Origin: Candidatus Latescibacterota bacterium
Lineage (GTDB): Bacteria; Latescibacterota; UBA2968; UBA8231
Length of the DNA: 64,000 bases
NCBI GenBank assembly: GCA_965217585.1
Contig: OZ244561.1
Coordinates: 4,672,001 to 4,736,000 of the forward strand
Direction: 5' to 3'
The position numbers and the translations under genes are program-made. The stretch's first letter is position 1; every line of letters starts with the position of its first letter. The notes below the pieces were generated by a model. It was not told the origin of the DNA. It made no database searches and saw nothing but the letters and a program-made list of their open reading frames with translations. Positions 10,399 to 19,980 of the stretch are shown piece after piece.

Positions 10399-11538
10399 AT
10401 GTTCATTGCCGTTTTTTGGGCCGCCTTATTCCTCGTCGTCTATACCTATCTAATCTATCCGGTTTTGCTCTGGCTCTTGGCGGCCGGCCGCAAGATGCCC
10501 GAGTACGCGCCGCTGAGCGAATGGCCTACGGCGTCGCTGATCATTGCCGCGCACAACGAAGAAGCCGTATTGCGCGCCAAGCTAGAAAACGCGCTGGCCA
10601 TGGACTATCCAGCCGAGCGGCTCGACATCATCGTCGTCTCAGACGCCTCGACCGATGGCACCGACCGCATTGCCGCCGAATTTGCCGAGCGCGGGGTGCG
10701 GCTGCACCGGCAGGAGATCCGCGGCGGCAAGACCGAGGCGCAAAACGCGGGTGTGCGCTTGGCGCGGGGGCAGTTCCTCGCGTTCTCAGACGCCAACAGC
10801 ATGTACGCGCCCAGTGCGCTCAAGCGGCTGTTGGTGCCTTTTGCCGACGAGCGGATCGGCTGCGTCTGCGGCGAGCTGCAATACGCCAACCCAGACGACC
10901 AAGGCGCTGGCAAGGGCGAAGGTCTGTACTGGCGCTACGAGCAGTTTCTCAAGCGCCGGGAGAGCCTGCTCAGCTCCGCGCTGGGAGCTAATGGGGCGAT
11001 CTACGCGCTCCGGCGCGAGCTGTTCGTCGAGCTGCGCGGCGACATTATCAGCGACTTTGTCGCGCCCCTACACGCATGGCGGCGCGGCTTTCGCATTGCG
11101 TACGAGCCGACGGCCGTTGCCACCGAGTACAGCAGCGTCCGCTTTGGCGACGAGTTTCGCCGCCGCCGCCGCATTGTCTCGCGCTCGCTCTACGGGCTGT
11201 GGACCGAGGCCGGCGTGCTCAACCCGTTCGCGCACTTTTTTTTTGCGTTGCAGATGTTTTCCCACAAGGTGCTCCGCTGGCTCGTGCCGGTGTGGCTGTT
11301 GGTAGTGCTCGCGGTCAATATCCCGTTGGCCGCGAGCGAGTACTACGGCCTCTTGCTCGCGCTGCAAGTGGCTTTCTACGGCTTGGCCGCCTTGGGCCTC
11401 TTGCTGCCGGAGCGGCTTGGGCGATATTGGCTCTTCTACGTGCCGACTTATTTCACCGCCACCAATTTGGGCACCTTGCTGGGGCTGCTGAACTTTCTAA
11501 CGGGTCGCCGCCACCGCGTCTGGCAACCCACGAGGTAG
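10399..11538 (+). CDS. Glycosyltransferase family 2 (PgaC/IcaA-like)
   Basis: IIAAHNEE, VSDASTD, FSDAN, GANGAIYA, RRRRI, C-terminal TM helices. Confidence 0.9.
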   Translation: MFIAVFWAALFLVVYTYLIYPVLLWLLAAGRKMPEYAPLSEWPTASLIIAAHNEEAVLRAKLENALAMDYPAERLDIIVVSDASTDGTDRIAAEFAERGVRLHRQEIRGGKTEAQNAGVRLARGQFLAFSDANSMYAPSALKRLLVPFADERIGCVCGELQYANPDDQGAGKGEGLYWRYEQFLKRRESLLSSALGANGAIYALRRELFVELRGDIISDFVAPLHAWRRGFRIAYEPTAVATEYSSVRFGDEFRRRRRIVSRSLYGLWTEAGVLNPFAHFFFALQMFSHKVLRWLVPVWLLVVLAVNIPLAASEYYGLLLALQVAFYGLAALGLLLPERLGRYWLFYVPTYFTATNLGTLLGLLNFLTGRRHRVWQPTR

Positions 11539-11545
11539 AGCGTTT

Positions 11546-13000
11546 ATGTCGCGCCTGAAACGCGTTGTCCTGCTGCTGTTGAGTGACACAGTCGCCGTCA
11601 GTTTGGCGTCGGTTTTCTTTTTGTGGATGAAGTTGGCCGGCGGCGGGCTGGAGATCGTCCGCCACAACTACGAGCGGCTTTATCCAGACGCGGTGGACGG
11701 GCCGACCTTCTGGTATGCGCTGGGCTATTACTCGGACGTGTTGCCGCTGATAAGCGGCTGCTGGCTGCTGCTGTTTTTGTTCTTTGGCTTCTATCAATCC
11801 TCGCCCTCTAGTTCGCGCTTCGACGAAATTTTCGAGGTCGTCAAGGTCGTCACCTTGGGCATCTTGCTGGCCATGATCGCCACCTTTGACCGCGACATCC
11901 GCCTCACTCGACTGCTGGTCTTGTTCTACTGGCTGGGCATGGTCGCGCTGGTGGCGGGTGGGCGGGTGCTGGTGCGCAGTTTTGAGCGGCAGCTCTTGCT
12001 GCGCGGCATTGGCCTCCGGCGCACGGCCATCGTGGGCGTGGATGCGCGCGGCATCCGGCTGCTGCGCGCGTTGCGCGCGTCGCCGGCTCAGGGGTATGAG
12101 GTCGTGGGCTTTGTGCGGGCGCGCGGAGAGCAAGAGCGCGGGGCCATTGACGGCCTGCCCGTGCTCGGCGAAGTAGGCAATCTGCGAACCATCCTTGCGG
12201 CCGAGGGCATTGAGGCCGTGCTCATTGCCCTGCAATCCAATTCGCACGAAGAGATCATGCAGATCGTCGAGGAGGCCGAAGGGCTGCCGGTCTCCTTCGG
12301 CATCACGCCCGACCTGTACGACATTGTGACCGGCCACGTGCGCACGACGCAGATTTACGGCGTGCCGCTGATGGAACTCAAGCCCGAGCTGATGCCGACT
12401 TGGCAGCGGACGGTCAAGCGGCTCAGCGATGTGGTGGTGGCCGTCGTCGTGCTCGCGGGCTTGGCCCCGTTGTGGCTGTTGGTGGCCGCGGCGATCAAAC
12501 TGACCTCCAAGGGGCCGGTTTTCTTTCGCCAAGAGCGCGTCGGCGAGGGGGGCCGGACCTTTGCAATGCTCAAATTTCGCTCAATGTACGTGGATGCTGA
12601 GGAGAAGACCGGTCCGGTGTGGGCCAAGGGTGCAGACCCACGGGTTACCCCGATTGGCCGGGTGCTGCGCGCCCTGCACTTAGACGAGATTCCCCAGTGC
12701 ATCAACTTCCTGCGCGGCGACATGAGCTTGGTCGGCCCGCGGCCCGAACGACCGTTTTTCGTCGAGCAGTTCAAGAAGCAGATTCCCTTGTACATGCGGC
12801 GTTTTAACGTCAAGCCCGGCCTGTTGGGCTGGGCGCAGTCCAAGCACGAGTTCGACCTCGATTCCAAGGACGTGGTGGGCATTGCCCGCGAGCGGCTAGA
12901 GTACGATTTCTACTACATCGAGAACATGTCACTCAAGCTGGACTTCAAGATCATGCTGCAAACGGTGTGGTTCGTGCTGACGGGCAAGAGCACGCGCTGA
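11546..13000 (+). CDS. Polyprenyl-phosphate hexose-1-phosphate transferase (WcaJ/WbaP family)
   Basis: KRLSD, KFRSM, LDEIPQ, MSLVGPRPER, KPGLLGWAQ. Confidence 0.93.
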   Translation: MSRLKRVVLLLLSDTVAVSLASVFFLWMKLAGGGLEIVRHNYERLYPDAVDGPTFWYALGYYSDVLPLISGCWLLLFLFFGFYQSSPSSSRFDEIFEVVKVVTLGILLAMIATFDRDIRLTRLLVLFYWLGMVALVAGGRVLVRSFERQLLLRGIGLRRTAIVGVDARGIRLLRALRASPAQGYEVVGFVRARGEQERGAIDGLPVLGEVGNLRTILAAEGIEAVLIALQSNSHEEIMQIVEEAEGLPVSFGITPDLYDIVTGHVRTTQIYGVPLMELKPELMPTWQRTVKRLSDVVVAVVVLAGLAPLWLLVAAAIKLTSKGPVFFRQERVGEGGRTFAMLKFRSMYVDAEEKTGPVWAKGADPRVTPIGRVLRALHLDEIPQCINFLRGDMSLVGPRPERPFFVEQFKKQIPLYMRRFNVKPGLLGWAQSKHEFDLDSKDVVGIARERLEYDFYYIENMSLKLDFKIMLQTVWFVLTGKSTR

Positions 13001-13254
13001 TCTTTCCCCTAGTTTCGATGACGAAAACGACGACGCGACCAACGGCCTATCTCGCCGATCTGCAATAGGTGGGGGACTGAGGAGCGGTCGAGCTTGGCTG
13101 ACGGCGGCGGGCGCTCAGGTGAGCCGCCGAGAAGTCGCGATAGACGTTCAGTGCCAAAATCCGCGTAGTGAAGTCGCCTATCGAAGCCACGTCATTGGAA
13201 ACTGCATGTCATACCTCCAACGTCGCCAAACAGATCAACGATGGAGATTGATAC

Positions 13255-13801
13255 TCAGATAAGCTCTCGAATCTTCTTGTGAAAGTAGCAGAAACTGGGC
13301 GATGCGTTGGTAGCTACGTTCATGTGTGGGGCGATGCGCTCCGCCCATATCGACTTTTCTTGGCCGACTCCTCCCCTCTCTTTCAGTCCGTCCGCGCCGC
13401 CTTGGGATACTGCATCTGCCAAGAGTTCCCATGTGCCGCAAATGGTGTCGTTTTTGTAACGACTTAGGACATTGTCCTTGGCCTTCGGGTAAGCCGCTTT
13501 GATCGCGGGAATGTCACCGAGTAGCCCAGCTTCACCTTCTTCTATGGCAATGCAGAACCGGGTCTCTGGTTTGGGATTGCACGCATTCAGGACGGTGAAG
13601 AGTTCTTGGCGAAATGTTTTCAGACATTTGTCATCTAGGTCGCAAACCAGAATCACCACTGCTGGATAATTCGGGGGGTAGTCGGCAAATGTCTTCCCAT
13701 ACCCTGACCCTGGATGTATGTTGATTGCCGATGATCTTTGGAATCAGAATGTCGAGTATTTTTTTGCCGGACTGATCTTCGACGAGTACCTCAAAGTGCA
13801 T
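13255..13801 (-). pseudogene. DUF4276-like (TOPRIM-type) partner protein, frameshifted by an apparent internal deletion
   Basis: ATG 13801 gives MHFEVLVEDQSGKKILDILIPKII; GYGKTFAD..VILVCDLDD..CIAIEEGEA..LGD continues in another frame; junction near 13700-13713. Confidence 0.65.
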
Positions 13802-13805
13802 CCAA

Positions 13806-15079
13806 TCACCTTTCGTCGAGGTAGTCGCTGAACCAGAGGCCGCCCAGCGGCAATCCTTCTTCGACCATGTTGTTCACAATAGGATCGTCGCTTGCTCGGC
13901 GAATCGTTGAAAAGCCATCCTCGCCTTTTTCCAAAATCCAGACTTCTTGCGGCTCTAACGCATTGACGAAGTATGGCTGATGCGTCGTGACAAAAACTTG
14001 CGAGTTGCCTCTGCGTCCACTGGCGTGTTCGCGGAATTCGTTGGCGAGGGTCTCCAAAAGCTTGTGATACAGGCCGTTTTCCGGCTCTTCGATGCAGAGG
14101 AACGGAGGGGGTGTCGGGTCTTCGAGTAGCAATAAGTAGGCGAATACCTTGAGCGTCCCATCGGACACTTGCTGAGCATAGAACGGCTCTTGGAAGCCTT
14201 TGTCGTTGAACCTAAGCAGCAACCGACCATCATTGGTTCTTTCCGTGTCGATCTTGTGTATGCCCGGAATTTTCTCGGCGATCTTCTTTAGCATAGCCTG
14301 AAAACGCCGTGGATGTTCGCGCTCCATGAATTGCACGACGTTGCCGAGATTGTCACCATGGATGTTGAGACGGCTCTGTGGACCAGCCAACGGTAGGCTG
14401 CGGGCTGCGTCGGGGGTGAAGTAACTGAGATACCATCCCTCGATGAAGCGGCGAAAAGCGGAAATTCGCGGGTATTGTTTCAAGGCACCGAGCGTGGCAA
14501 TGCCGAGCTTGCGCTGGTCTTCCAATTCGATGAGTTCTGCATCTTTGAATTCTTTTTCTTTTCCTATCGATTGTATCCACTCGGAAATATCGAAACCTTC
14601 TGATGTTTCATCGATTTGCTTACCCGTCTGGTTTCCCTTCCAAACCGTGCCTAAGCCTGCTGTAAGAGAAAGGAAAAAGAGTGATCGGTCATTTCCCAAG
14701 TCTTCTTTCATTGTTTCTTCAGCCACATAAGGACGCCCGAAATTGTTTGCCGCAATGGCGATCTCGTAAGTATAGGCTGGGCATTTTCTTCTTCTTTGTA
14801 ATGTACCTCGAACTCGATAGGACCTGTTTCCCCCTGCGTCCGCATCCTCTCGAACCCACCGCGCCCGCGTGCGTCGCAGGCTTCCTCAACGCCGAGTTTC
14901 AGGGCGTCGGCAAGGAAACCGAACGCATCGAACAGGGCGCTCTTTCCCACGCCGTTTTTGCCGATCACCGCTGTCATGGGAGTAAGCGGTTGGCTATTCG
15001 GTTGGTTCCACAGACGTCCCAGCGTAACGTCCTTGAGCACCTTGAAGTTTTTTATTCGCAAGCCTTCTATCTTAGCCAT
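13806..15079 (-). pseudogene. AAA_21/ABC-type ATPase, split by a 1-bp frameshift near 14770
   Basis: Walker A GKNGVGKS in 14708-15079; SDGT signature, IEEPENGLY and TTHQP in 13806-14726; one added base restores PITYEIAI. Confidence 0.8.
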
Positions 15080-15107
15080 TTTACCGTCCTCAATTCACGG
15101 CCCTACC

Positions 15108-15473
15108 TCATGCCTTGAGCGCCAGATGGACGAGTGCCCAGACGCGGCCGCCTTTCACCGTCCCGGCTAGGCGCAGCCAGCCGCCGTAGTGCGACACCCG
15201 CACAAAGGACGGCTTATCGAGCGTATGCTGCTGTACGACTAAGTTCATACGCGATCCTTCGTCGCACCAGTGGATGCCATCAGACGAGATCTGCACCTGT
15301 AGCTCGACGTCGGCCAAAGGCTTGGGGGACGAGTCCGCCGCTTCAGCGCGGAGTATTCGCACGAAGAAAATCGCCTCGTGGCTCCAGCCTGCCTCGTACG
15401 GCTCGGTGACAAACTCGCCCTCCCAGAGCTGATTGCGCTCCACGACGGCGGTGTGGCTCTGTCGCATACTCAT
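15108..15473 (-). CDS. Hypothetical protein
   Basis: 121 aa, start overlaps the upstream stop; TEPYEAGW and QISSDGIHW motifs. Confidence 0.7.
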   Translation of the reverse strand: MSMRQSHTAVVERNQLWEGEFVTEPYEAGWSHEAIFFVRILRAEAADSSPKPLADVELQVQISSDGIHWCDEGSRMNLVVQQHTLDKPSFVRVSHYGGWLRLAGTVKGGRVWALVHLALKA

Positions 15474-16369
15474 CGCGCAAACTCCCCGGATAATAACACG
15501 GAGTCGATATAGAAAAAGGCCCGCTTATCCATGTCGGCTTCGACCCAAAAGGCCGCGTTGAGCATACACCACAGATTGGCCATGGCCGGCAGTTCAATGC
15601 AGTGCATCCCCTCCGGCCCGAAGGTGTGGTCGTTGCACTGAAACCCGGTGAAGGCCCGCCTTTTGAGATCCAAGCCGACGCGCAGATAGTGCCAGTTCAT
15701 TTTGGTGGCGATTTCGTTGTAGCACAAAAGCTGCGGCTCGCCCGGCACATCCTCCCAGCCCTCCGGCCCCAAGTGGAAATGCGACACCGTCTTGCCGCTG
15801 TGGCCAATCGGCTGTACCGACCGGGTGGCGGGCTTAGTCTGCCAGCGTGCCCGGCGCTGGCCGCTCTCGGCGTTGAGGTAGCGCAAGTGGGGCATCCAGC
15901 GCCGCCCTTGGGAATTGCCGTCCTGCACGTCGAAGAGCACACCCCAAGCGCGGACATCCATCTCGCCGAGCTTGAGTTCGGATGCTTCGGGCTTGAACGC
16001 GAAATAGCACTCCAACTGCACTTGGCCCAACGCCCGAAAGGTGTGCCGCTTGATGCCCACGGAGAGGCCGCCGGCCTGCGGGCGGGTGGCCAGCTTGAGG
16101 GCGTAGGTGCCCTCCATCGAGCCAGCCGTGCCAGTGTCCCACATTGTCAGGTTGCTCAACATGGGGGGCCGCAGGTCTTGGTAATCGGGCAGCATGGCGT
16201 CGAGCGAGTCTTCGTAGTTGCCGATCAGTCCGGTCCAGCCGTTCAGTCCCGCGTCGAAATCGTCGTAGCACAGAATGCGCTCGAGGGGGTCAAAGCGGCT
16301 CAACCGAGGATTGGCTAGCAATGATTCCACAGCATACTCCGGTGTTGGGATGTAATGAGCTCTCGCCAA
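15470..16369 (-). CDS. Conserved hypothetical protein (possibly DUF6772-like)
   Basis: 299 aa with host-like codon usage; family name from recall only. Confidence 0.7.
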   Translation of the reverse strand: MARAHYIPTPEYAVESLLANPRLSRFDPLERILCYDDFDAGLNGWTGLIGNYEDSLDAMLPDYQDLRPPMLSNLTMWDTGTAGSMEGTYALKLATRPQAGGLSVGIKRHTFRALGQVQLECYFAFKPEASELKLGEMDVRAWGVLFDVQDGNSQGRRWMPHLRYLNAESGQRRARWQTKPATRSVQPIGHSGKTVSHFHLGPEGWEDVPGEPQLLCYNEIATKMNWHYLRVGLDLKRRAFTGFQCNDHTFGPEGMHCIELPAMANLWCMLNAAFWVEADMDKRAFFYIDSVLLSGEFAR

Positions 16370-16370
16370 T

Positions 16371-16404
16371 AAAAAACCCCGCCGAACAGTGCGCTCGGCG
16401 GGGT
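16371..16404 (-). terminator. Rho-independent terminator
   Basis: Minus strand CCCCGCCGA-loop-TCGGCGGGG followed by TTTTTT, downstream of 16430-16933. Confidence 0.75.
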
Positions 16405-16429
16405 CAGTACGTCTGACGGGACAGGCGTA

Positions 16430-16933
16430 CTACTCGGCGGCTGTCGCTTTGACTTGACCCCAGCTCACGGCCTCAACAGCCGTGCTTATCTGAGGATCAA
16501 TCCAGCGCGCGGGCACGATCGGCGACGAAACCCAGCGGCCATCGATCTGGGCGTCCGCAGACACGCCGTAAACCCAGGACTCGGGATGCGGCAGTTCTGC
16601 AAAAAATTTCCTACTGTACTGCTCCCGATCGGGCAAGGCTTCCACGCGGTCCCACGGCACGTAGGTGGGCTGTGCTTCGGCGGGCCCAACGAACTCTCCA
16701 CTGCTGGCTTCGATCTCGTCGGCGACGAGAATCTGCAAGTAGATCGTGTAGCGGCTCGCGTCTTCGACCTCCTCCCACTCGACCAGCACGAACTGGGACT
16801 GGGGGCCAGCAACGCTGGCCCTTACGTCGTCCGGTGCCATAAGCTCCATGGCACCGTGAGGGCATCCGCCCTGCGCCCAAGCCGCGCTCGCGAACGCGAG
16901 AGCGACGCCGGCTATTAGCATCCGCTGTTTCAT
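16430..16933 (-). CDS. Secreted protein, Fn3-like, with C-terminal TAVEAVSWGQVKA motif
   Basis: Signal peptide ending AWA, RBS AAGGAGG, VEWEEVEDASRYTIY Fn3-like strand. Confidence 0.8.
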   Translation of the reverse strand: MKQRMLIAGVALAFASAAWAQGGCPHGAMELMAPDDVRASVAGPQSQFVLVEWEEVEDASRYTIYLQILVADEIEASSGEFVGPAEAQPTYVPWDRVEALPDREQYSRKFFAELPHPESWVYGVSADAQIDGRWVSSPIVPARWIDPQISTAVEAVSWGQVKATAAE

Positions 16934-17059
16934 AAGGGCACCTCCTTAAAAAAAGAGTGGATACTACTTGTCAAAATACCATTATTCTCGGCAAATTCCA
17001 ATTTTTTTATCTCCACGGCGGCTGCCGCCTTCAAGGACGCCGGCAGTCGCAACCCGCCC

Positions 17060-17836
17060 CTATTTGTCGCCGCGCGGATTGGCGCGCAGGGTTTGGAGGT
17101 GGCTGTCGAGGACTTGCACACCGTAGCGAAGGGCATTGCCGACGTTGAGGTAGCGATACCCCCAGCGAATCTTCTCTTGAATCTGGTCTAGTTCCCCCAG
17201 CGTAGTGCCTGCGGCGATTCCCGTGTCCGCTAGCTGTTGCGGCACGTCGCGCATGATTTCCCGCACTTGCCGCGACTCGGTATCGGTGATTGTCCCCACG
17301 GTCGCCGAGAGGTCCAACGGCCCGACAAAAATCACGTCAATGCCGGGCACGCGCTTGATCTCGTCCAAGTTGTCGTAGGCCCGCTGGCTTTCGAGTTGGA
17401 GGACGACGAGCGTCTCCTCGTTGGCGGTTTTGATGACCTCGTTCCAGTCCGCGCCGGCGATTTGGGTCCACATGGGCGAGAGACCGCGCCGGCCTGCGGG
17501 TGCGTAGCGGGCGGCCTCGACCGCGGCGGCGGCTTCGGCGGCCGTGTCGACTTGGGGCACCATCACGGCTACTGCGCCCGCGTCGTACGCCTTCTTGATC
17601 AGTGCGGGGTCGTTCCACGCGACGCGCACCATGGGCGCGACGCCGCGCATCCGCGCCAGCACCAAGATCGAGTCGAGCGCTTCGGTGGCGTGGGGCATGT
17701 GTTCGGTGTCGGCCCAGAGGAAATCGGGACCGGTGGCGATGACCGACCCAGCCACGTGTGGGGTGGGGGCCGGCAGGCTGGTGCCGAGGATGATTTCGCC
17801 GCTGCGCAGACGCGCTTTGAGGTTGTTGGGATACAT
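17060..17836 (-). CDS. HpcH/HpaI aldolase family
   Basis: DTEH, MVRV, DAGA..VMVPQV, QLES, FVGPLDLS. Confidence 0.92.
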   Translation of the reverse strand: MYPNNLKARLRSGEIILGTSLPAPTPHVAGSVIATGPDFLWADTEHMPHATEALDSILVLARMRGVAPMVRVAWNDPALIKKAYDAGAVAVMVPQVDTAAEAAAAVEAARYAPAGRRGLSPMWTQIAGADWNEVIKTANEETLVVLQLESQRAYDNLDEIKRVPGIDVIFVGPLDLSATVGTITDTESRQVREIMRDVPQQLADTGIAAGTTLGELDQIQEKIRWGYRYLNVGNALRYGVQVLDSHLQTLRANPRGDK

Positions 17837-17853
17837 GGATCGCTCCGTTGGAA

Positions 17854-18663
17854 TTAGCCGTACAGTGAGTAGAAGATGGCACCGCCGAGCAGGATGCGAT
17901 AGACGGCAAACGAATGGGTACCGTGGCGCTGGAGGAAGCGGAGGAGGAAGCCGATGGACAGGTAGCCGCTAACCGCGGCAGCGAGGATCCCCAGCCCCAA
18001 ACTCAGCAGCCCAGCGCCGCCTAGGCCCCCTTCGAGCAGTGCGAATAGTTGTAGGAGGCCGCTGGCGCCGATGGCCGGCAAGCCGAGCAAAAAGGAGAAG
18101 CGGGCGGCGTCTGCGCGCTGGAGACCCGCAAAAAGCCCGCCCATGATGGTTGAACCAGACCGCGAACACCCGGGAATCAGGGCGAGGGCTTGGCACAGGC
18201 CAATGAACTGGATTGACCAGAAGCCGAGGTCCTGCATGGTGCGCTCGCGTCGCCCCACGCGCTCGGCCAGCATCAAGAACAGCGCGAGGACGATCAGGCT
18301 CGCGGCGATGAGGGGAAGCTGGCGCGCCTCGGTCTCGATAAAGTCGCGTCCCCCGAGGCCGAGTACGGCAATGGGCACGGTGCCCACGGCAATGGACCAC
18401 GCCATGCGGCAGTCTGGGCTGTGGTTGAAGTTGCGGTGCATCACCCCTTGCAGCGCGGCGACGACCAGCCTTTTGATATCGGCTGTGAAGTACGCGAATA
18501 CGGCCGCGAGCGTCCCCAGTTGGATCACCGCGGAAAACGCCGTGCCTGGATCGTCCCAGCCGAGAAAATGGGGCACCACCCGCAGGTGGGCGGTACTACT
18601 GATGGGCAGGAATTCAGTCAGGCCTTGGACTATGCCTAAGATGAGTGCTTGCAGCCAATCCAT
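17854..18663 (-). CDS. uppP: Undecaprenyl-diphosphate phosphatase
   Basis: GIVQGLTEFLPISSTAHL, PGCSRSGST, AARFSFLL. Confidence 0.95.
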   Translation of the reverse strand: MDWLQALILGIVQGLTEFLPISSTAHLRVVPHFLGWDDPGTAFSAVIQLGTLAAVFAYFTADIKRLVVAALQGVMHRNFNHSPDCRMAWSIAVGTVPIAVLGLGGRDFIETEARQLPLIAASLIVLALFLMLAERVGRRERTMQDLGFWSIQFIGLCQALALIPGCSRSGSTIMGGLFAGLQRADAARFSFLLGLPAIGASGLLQLFALLEGGLGGAGLLSLGLGILAAAVSGYLSIGFLLRFLQRHGTHSFAVYRILLGGAIFYSLYG

Positions 18664-18715
18664 GGGAGGGCTTAAGCTAACCGCCGCCGCCTGCCCGGAC
18701 AAGGACGGCGCACCC

Positions 18716-18745
18716 TTGACAAAAACGCGGGCCGGTGTGCAGAAT
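18716..18745 (+). promoter_or_regulatory. Putative sigma70 promoter for the dehydratase-ackA unit
   Basis: TTGACA, 18-bp spacer, CAGAAT, upstream of RBS AAGGAG. Confidence 0.45.
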
Positions 18746-18779
18746 ACCCACTGATTTTCACCGACAACAAGGAGACCTC

Positions 18780-19979
18780 ATGCCCGTTCTGATTGAAGAC
18801 GTCCAAACTATCCTCACCCAACCGGCCGGCTCCCGCTTGGTCATCGTCAAGATCGTCACCTCGGACGACGGCCTGTACGGACTTGGTTGCGCGACCTTTA
18901 CCCAGCGCTTCCACGCCGTGCATACTGCCATCGAACAGCACCTCAAGCCCTTCCTCATCGGCCGTGACGTGGATCGCATTGAGGAGACTTGGCAGATGGC
19001 CATGGTCAACAGTTATTGGCGCAACGGCCCGGTGCTCAACAACGCCATCTCTGGAGTTGATCAGGCGCTGTGGGACATCAAAGGCAAGCGGGCGGGGATG
19101 CCGGTGTACCAATTGCTGGGCGGCAAGTGCCGCGAAGGGGCGGCTGTGTACGGCCATGCAGGCGGCGAGACGCCCGAGGCCGTCGTCGATAGCATCCTCC
19201 AGTTTGAGGAGCAAGGCTATCGCTACATCCGCTGCCAAATGGGCGGCTACGGCGGCAAGGCATCGACCTTGGTTAAGCCCGAAGGGGCGCCCGAAGGCGC
19301 GTACTACAACCGCAAAGAGTACATGATGAACCACCTGCGGATGTTCGAGCACATTCGCGCAGAACTGGGTTTTGAGGTGGAGCTGCTGCACGACATCCAC
19401 GAGCGGTTGCACCCGATTGAGGCGGTGGGCTTTGCCAAGGACGTGGAGGAGTTCAAGCTGTTTTTCTTGGAGGACGCTCTGGCGCCCGAAGACATCGAGT
19501 GGTTCCGCCACATCCGCCAGCAGTGCGCGACGCCGCAGGCCATGGGCGAGCTATTCAATCACCCGCACGAGTGGACGCCGCTCATCGAGGGACGGCTCAT
19601 TGACTTCATGCGCATGCACGTCAGCCAGATGGGCGGGATCACGCCGGCGCGCAATGTGGCGGCATTCGGGCAGATGTACGGGGTGCGCACGGCTTGGCAC
19701 GGTCCGGGCGATACCTCGCCGGTGGGGCACGCGGCCAACCTACACTTGGACCTGTGGGCACCCAACTTTGGGATCCAAGAGTGGTGTCGGTTCCCGGAAC
19801 ACGTGTACGAGATGTTTCCGGGGCTGCCCGAGGTGCGCAACGGGTACATGTATCCGGGCGACGGCCCTGGGTTGGGGATCGACATCGACGAGGACTTGGC
19901 GGCCAAGTATCCTTGTGCGAACGAGGTCATTGGGTGGACGCAGACGCGCTTGCCCGACGGCAGCCCAGCGCGGCCCTAA
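18780..19979 (+). CDS. Mannonate dehydratase / RspA-like enolase superfamily protein
   Basis: YWRNGPV, ALWDIKGK, LLHDIHERL, FLED, MGE, WHGPGD. Confidence 0.9.
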   Translation: MPVLIEDVQTILTQPAGSRLVIVKIVTSDDGLYGLGCATFTQRFHAVHTAIEQHLKPFLIGRDVDRIEETWQMAMVNSYWRNGPVLNNAISGVDQALWDIKGKRAGMPVYQLLGGKCREGAAVYGHAGGETPEAVVDSILQFEEQGYRYIRCQMGGYGGKASTLVKPEGAPEGAYYNRKEYMMNHLRMFEHIRAELGFEVELLHDIHERLHPIEAVGFAKDVEEFKLFFLEDALAPEDIEWFRHIRQQCATPQAMGELFNHPHEWTPLIEGRLIDFMRMHVSQMGGITPARNVAAFGQMYGVRTAWHGPGDTSPVGHAANLHLDLWAPNFGIQEWCRFPEHVYEMFPGLPEVRNGYMYPGDGPGLGIDIDEDLAAKYPCANEVIGWTQTRLPDGSPARP

Positions 19980-19980
19980 G

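Noticed and set aside
13001-13250. Intergenic GC hairpin and short ORFs as an ncRNA or tRNA
   Set aside because: No cloverleaf, T-loop or riboswitch consensus recognised.
19372-19980. 200-aa N-terminal extension of acetate kinase
   Set aside because: Shadow frame of the dehydratase gene; the kinase motif starts at ATG 19981.
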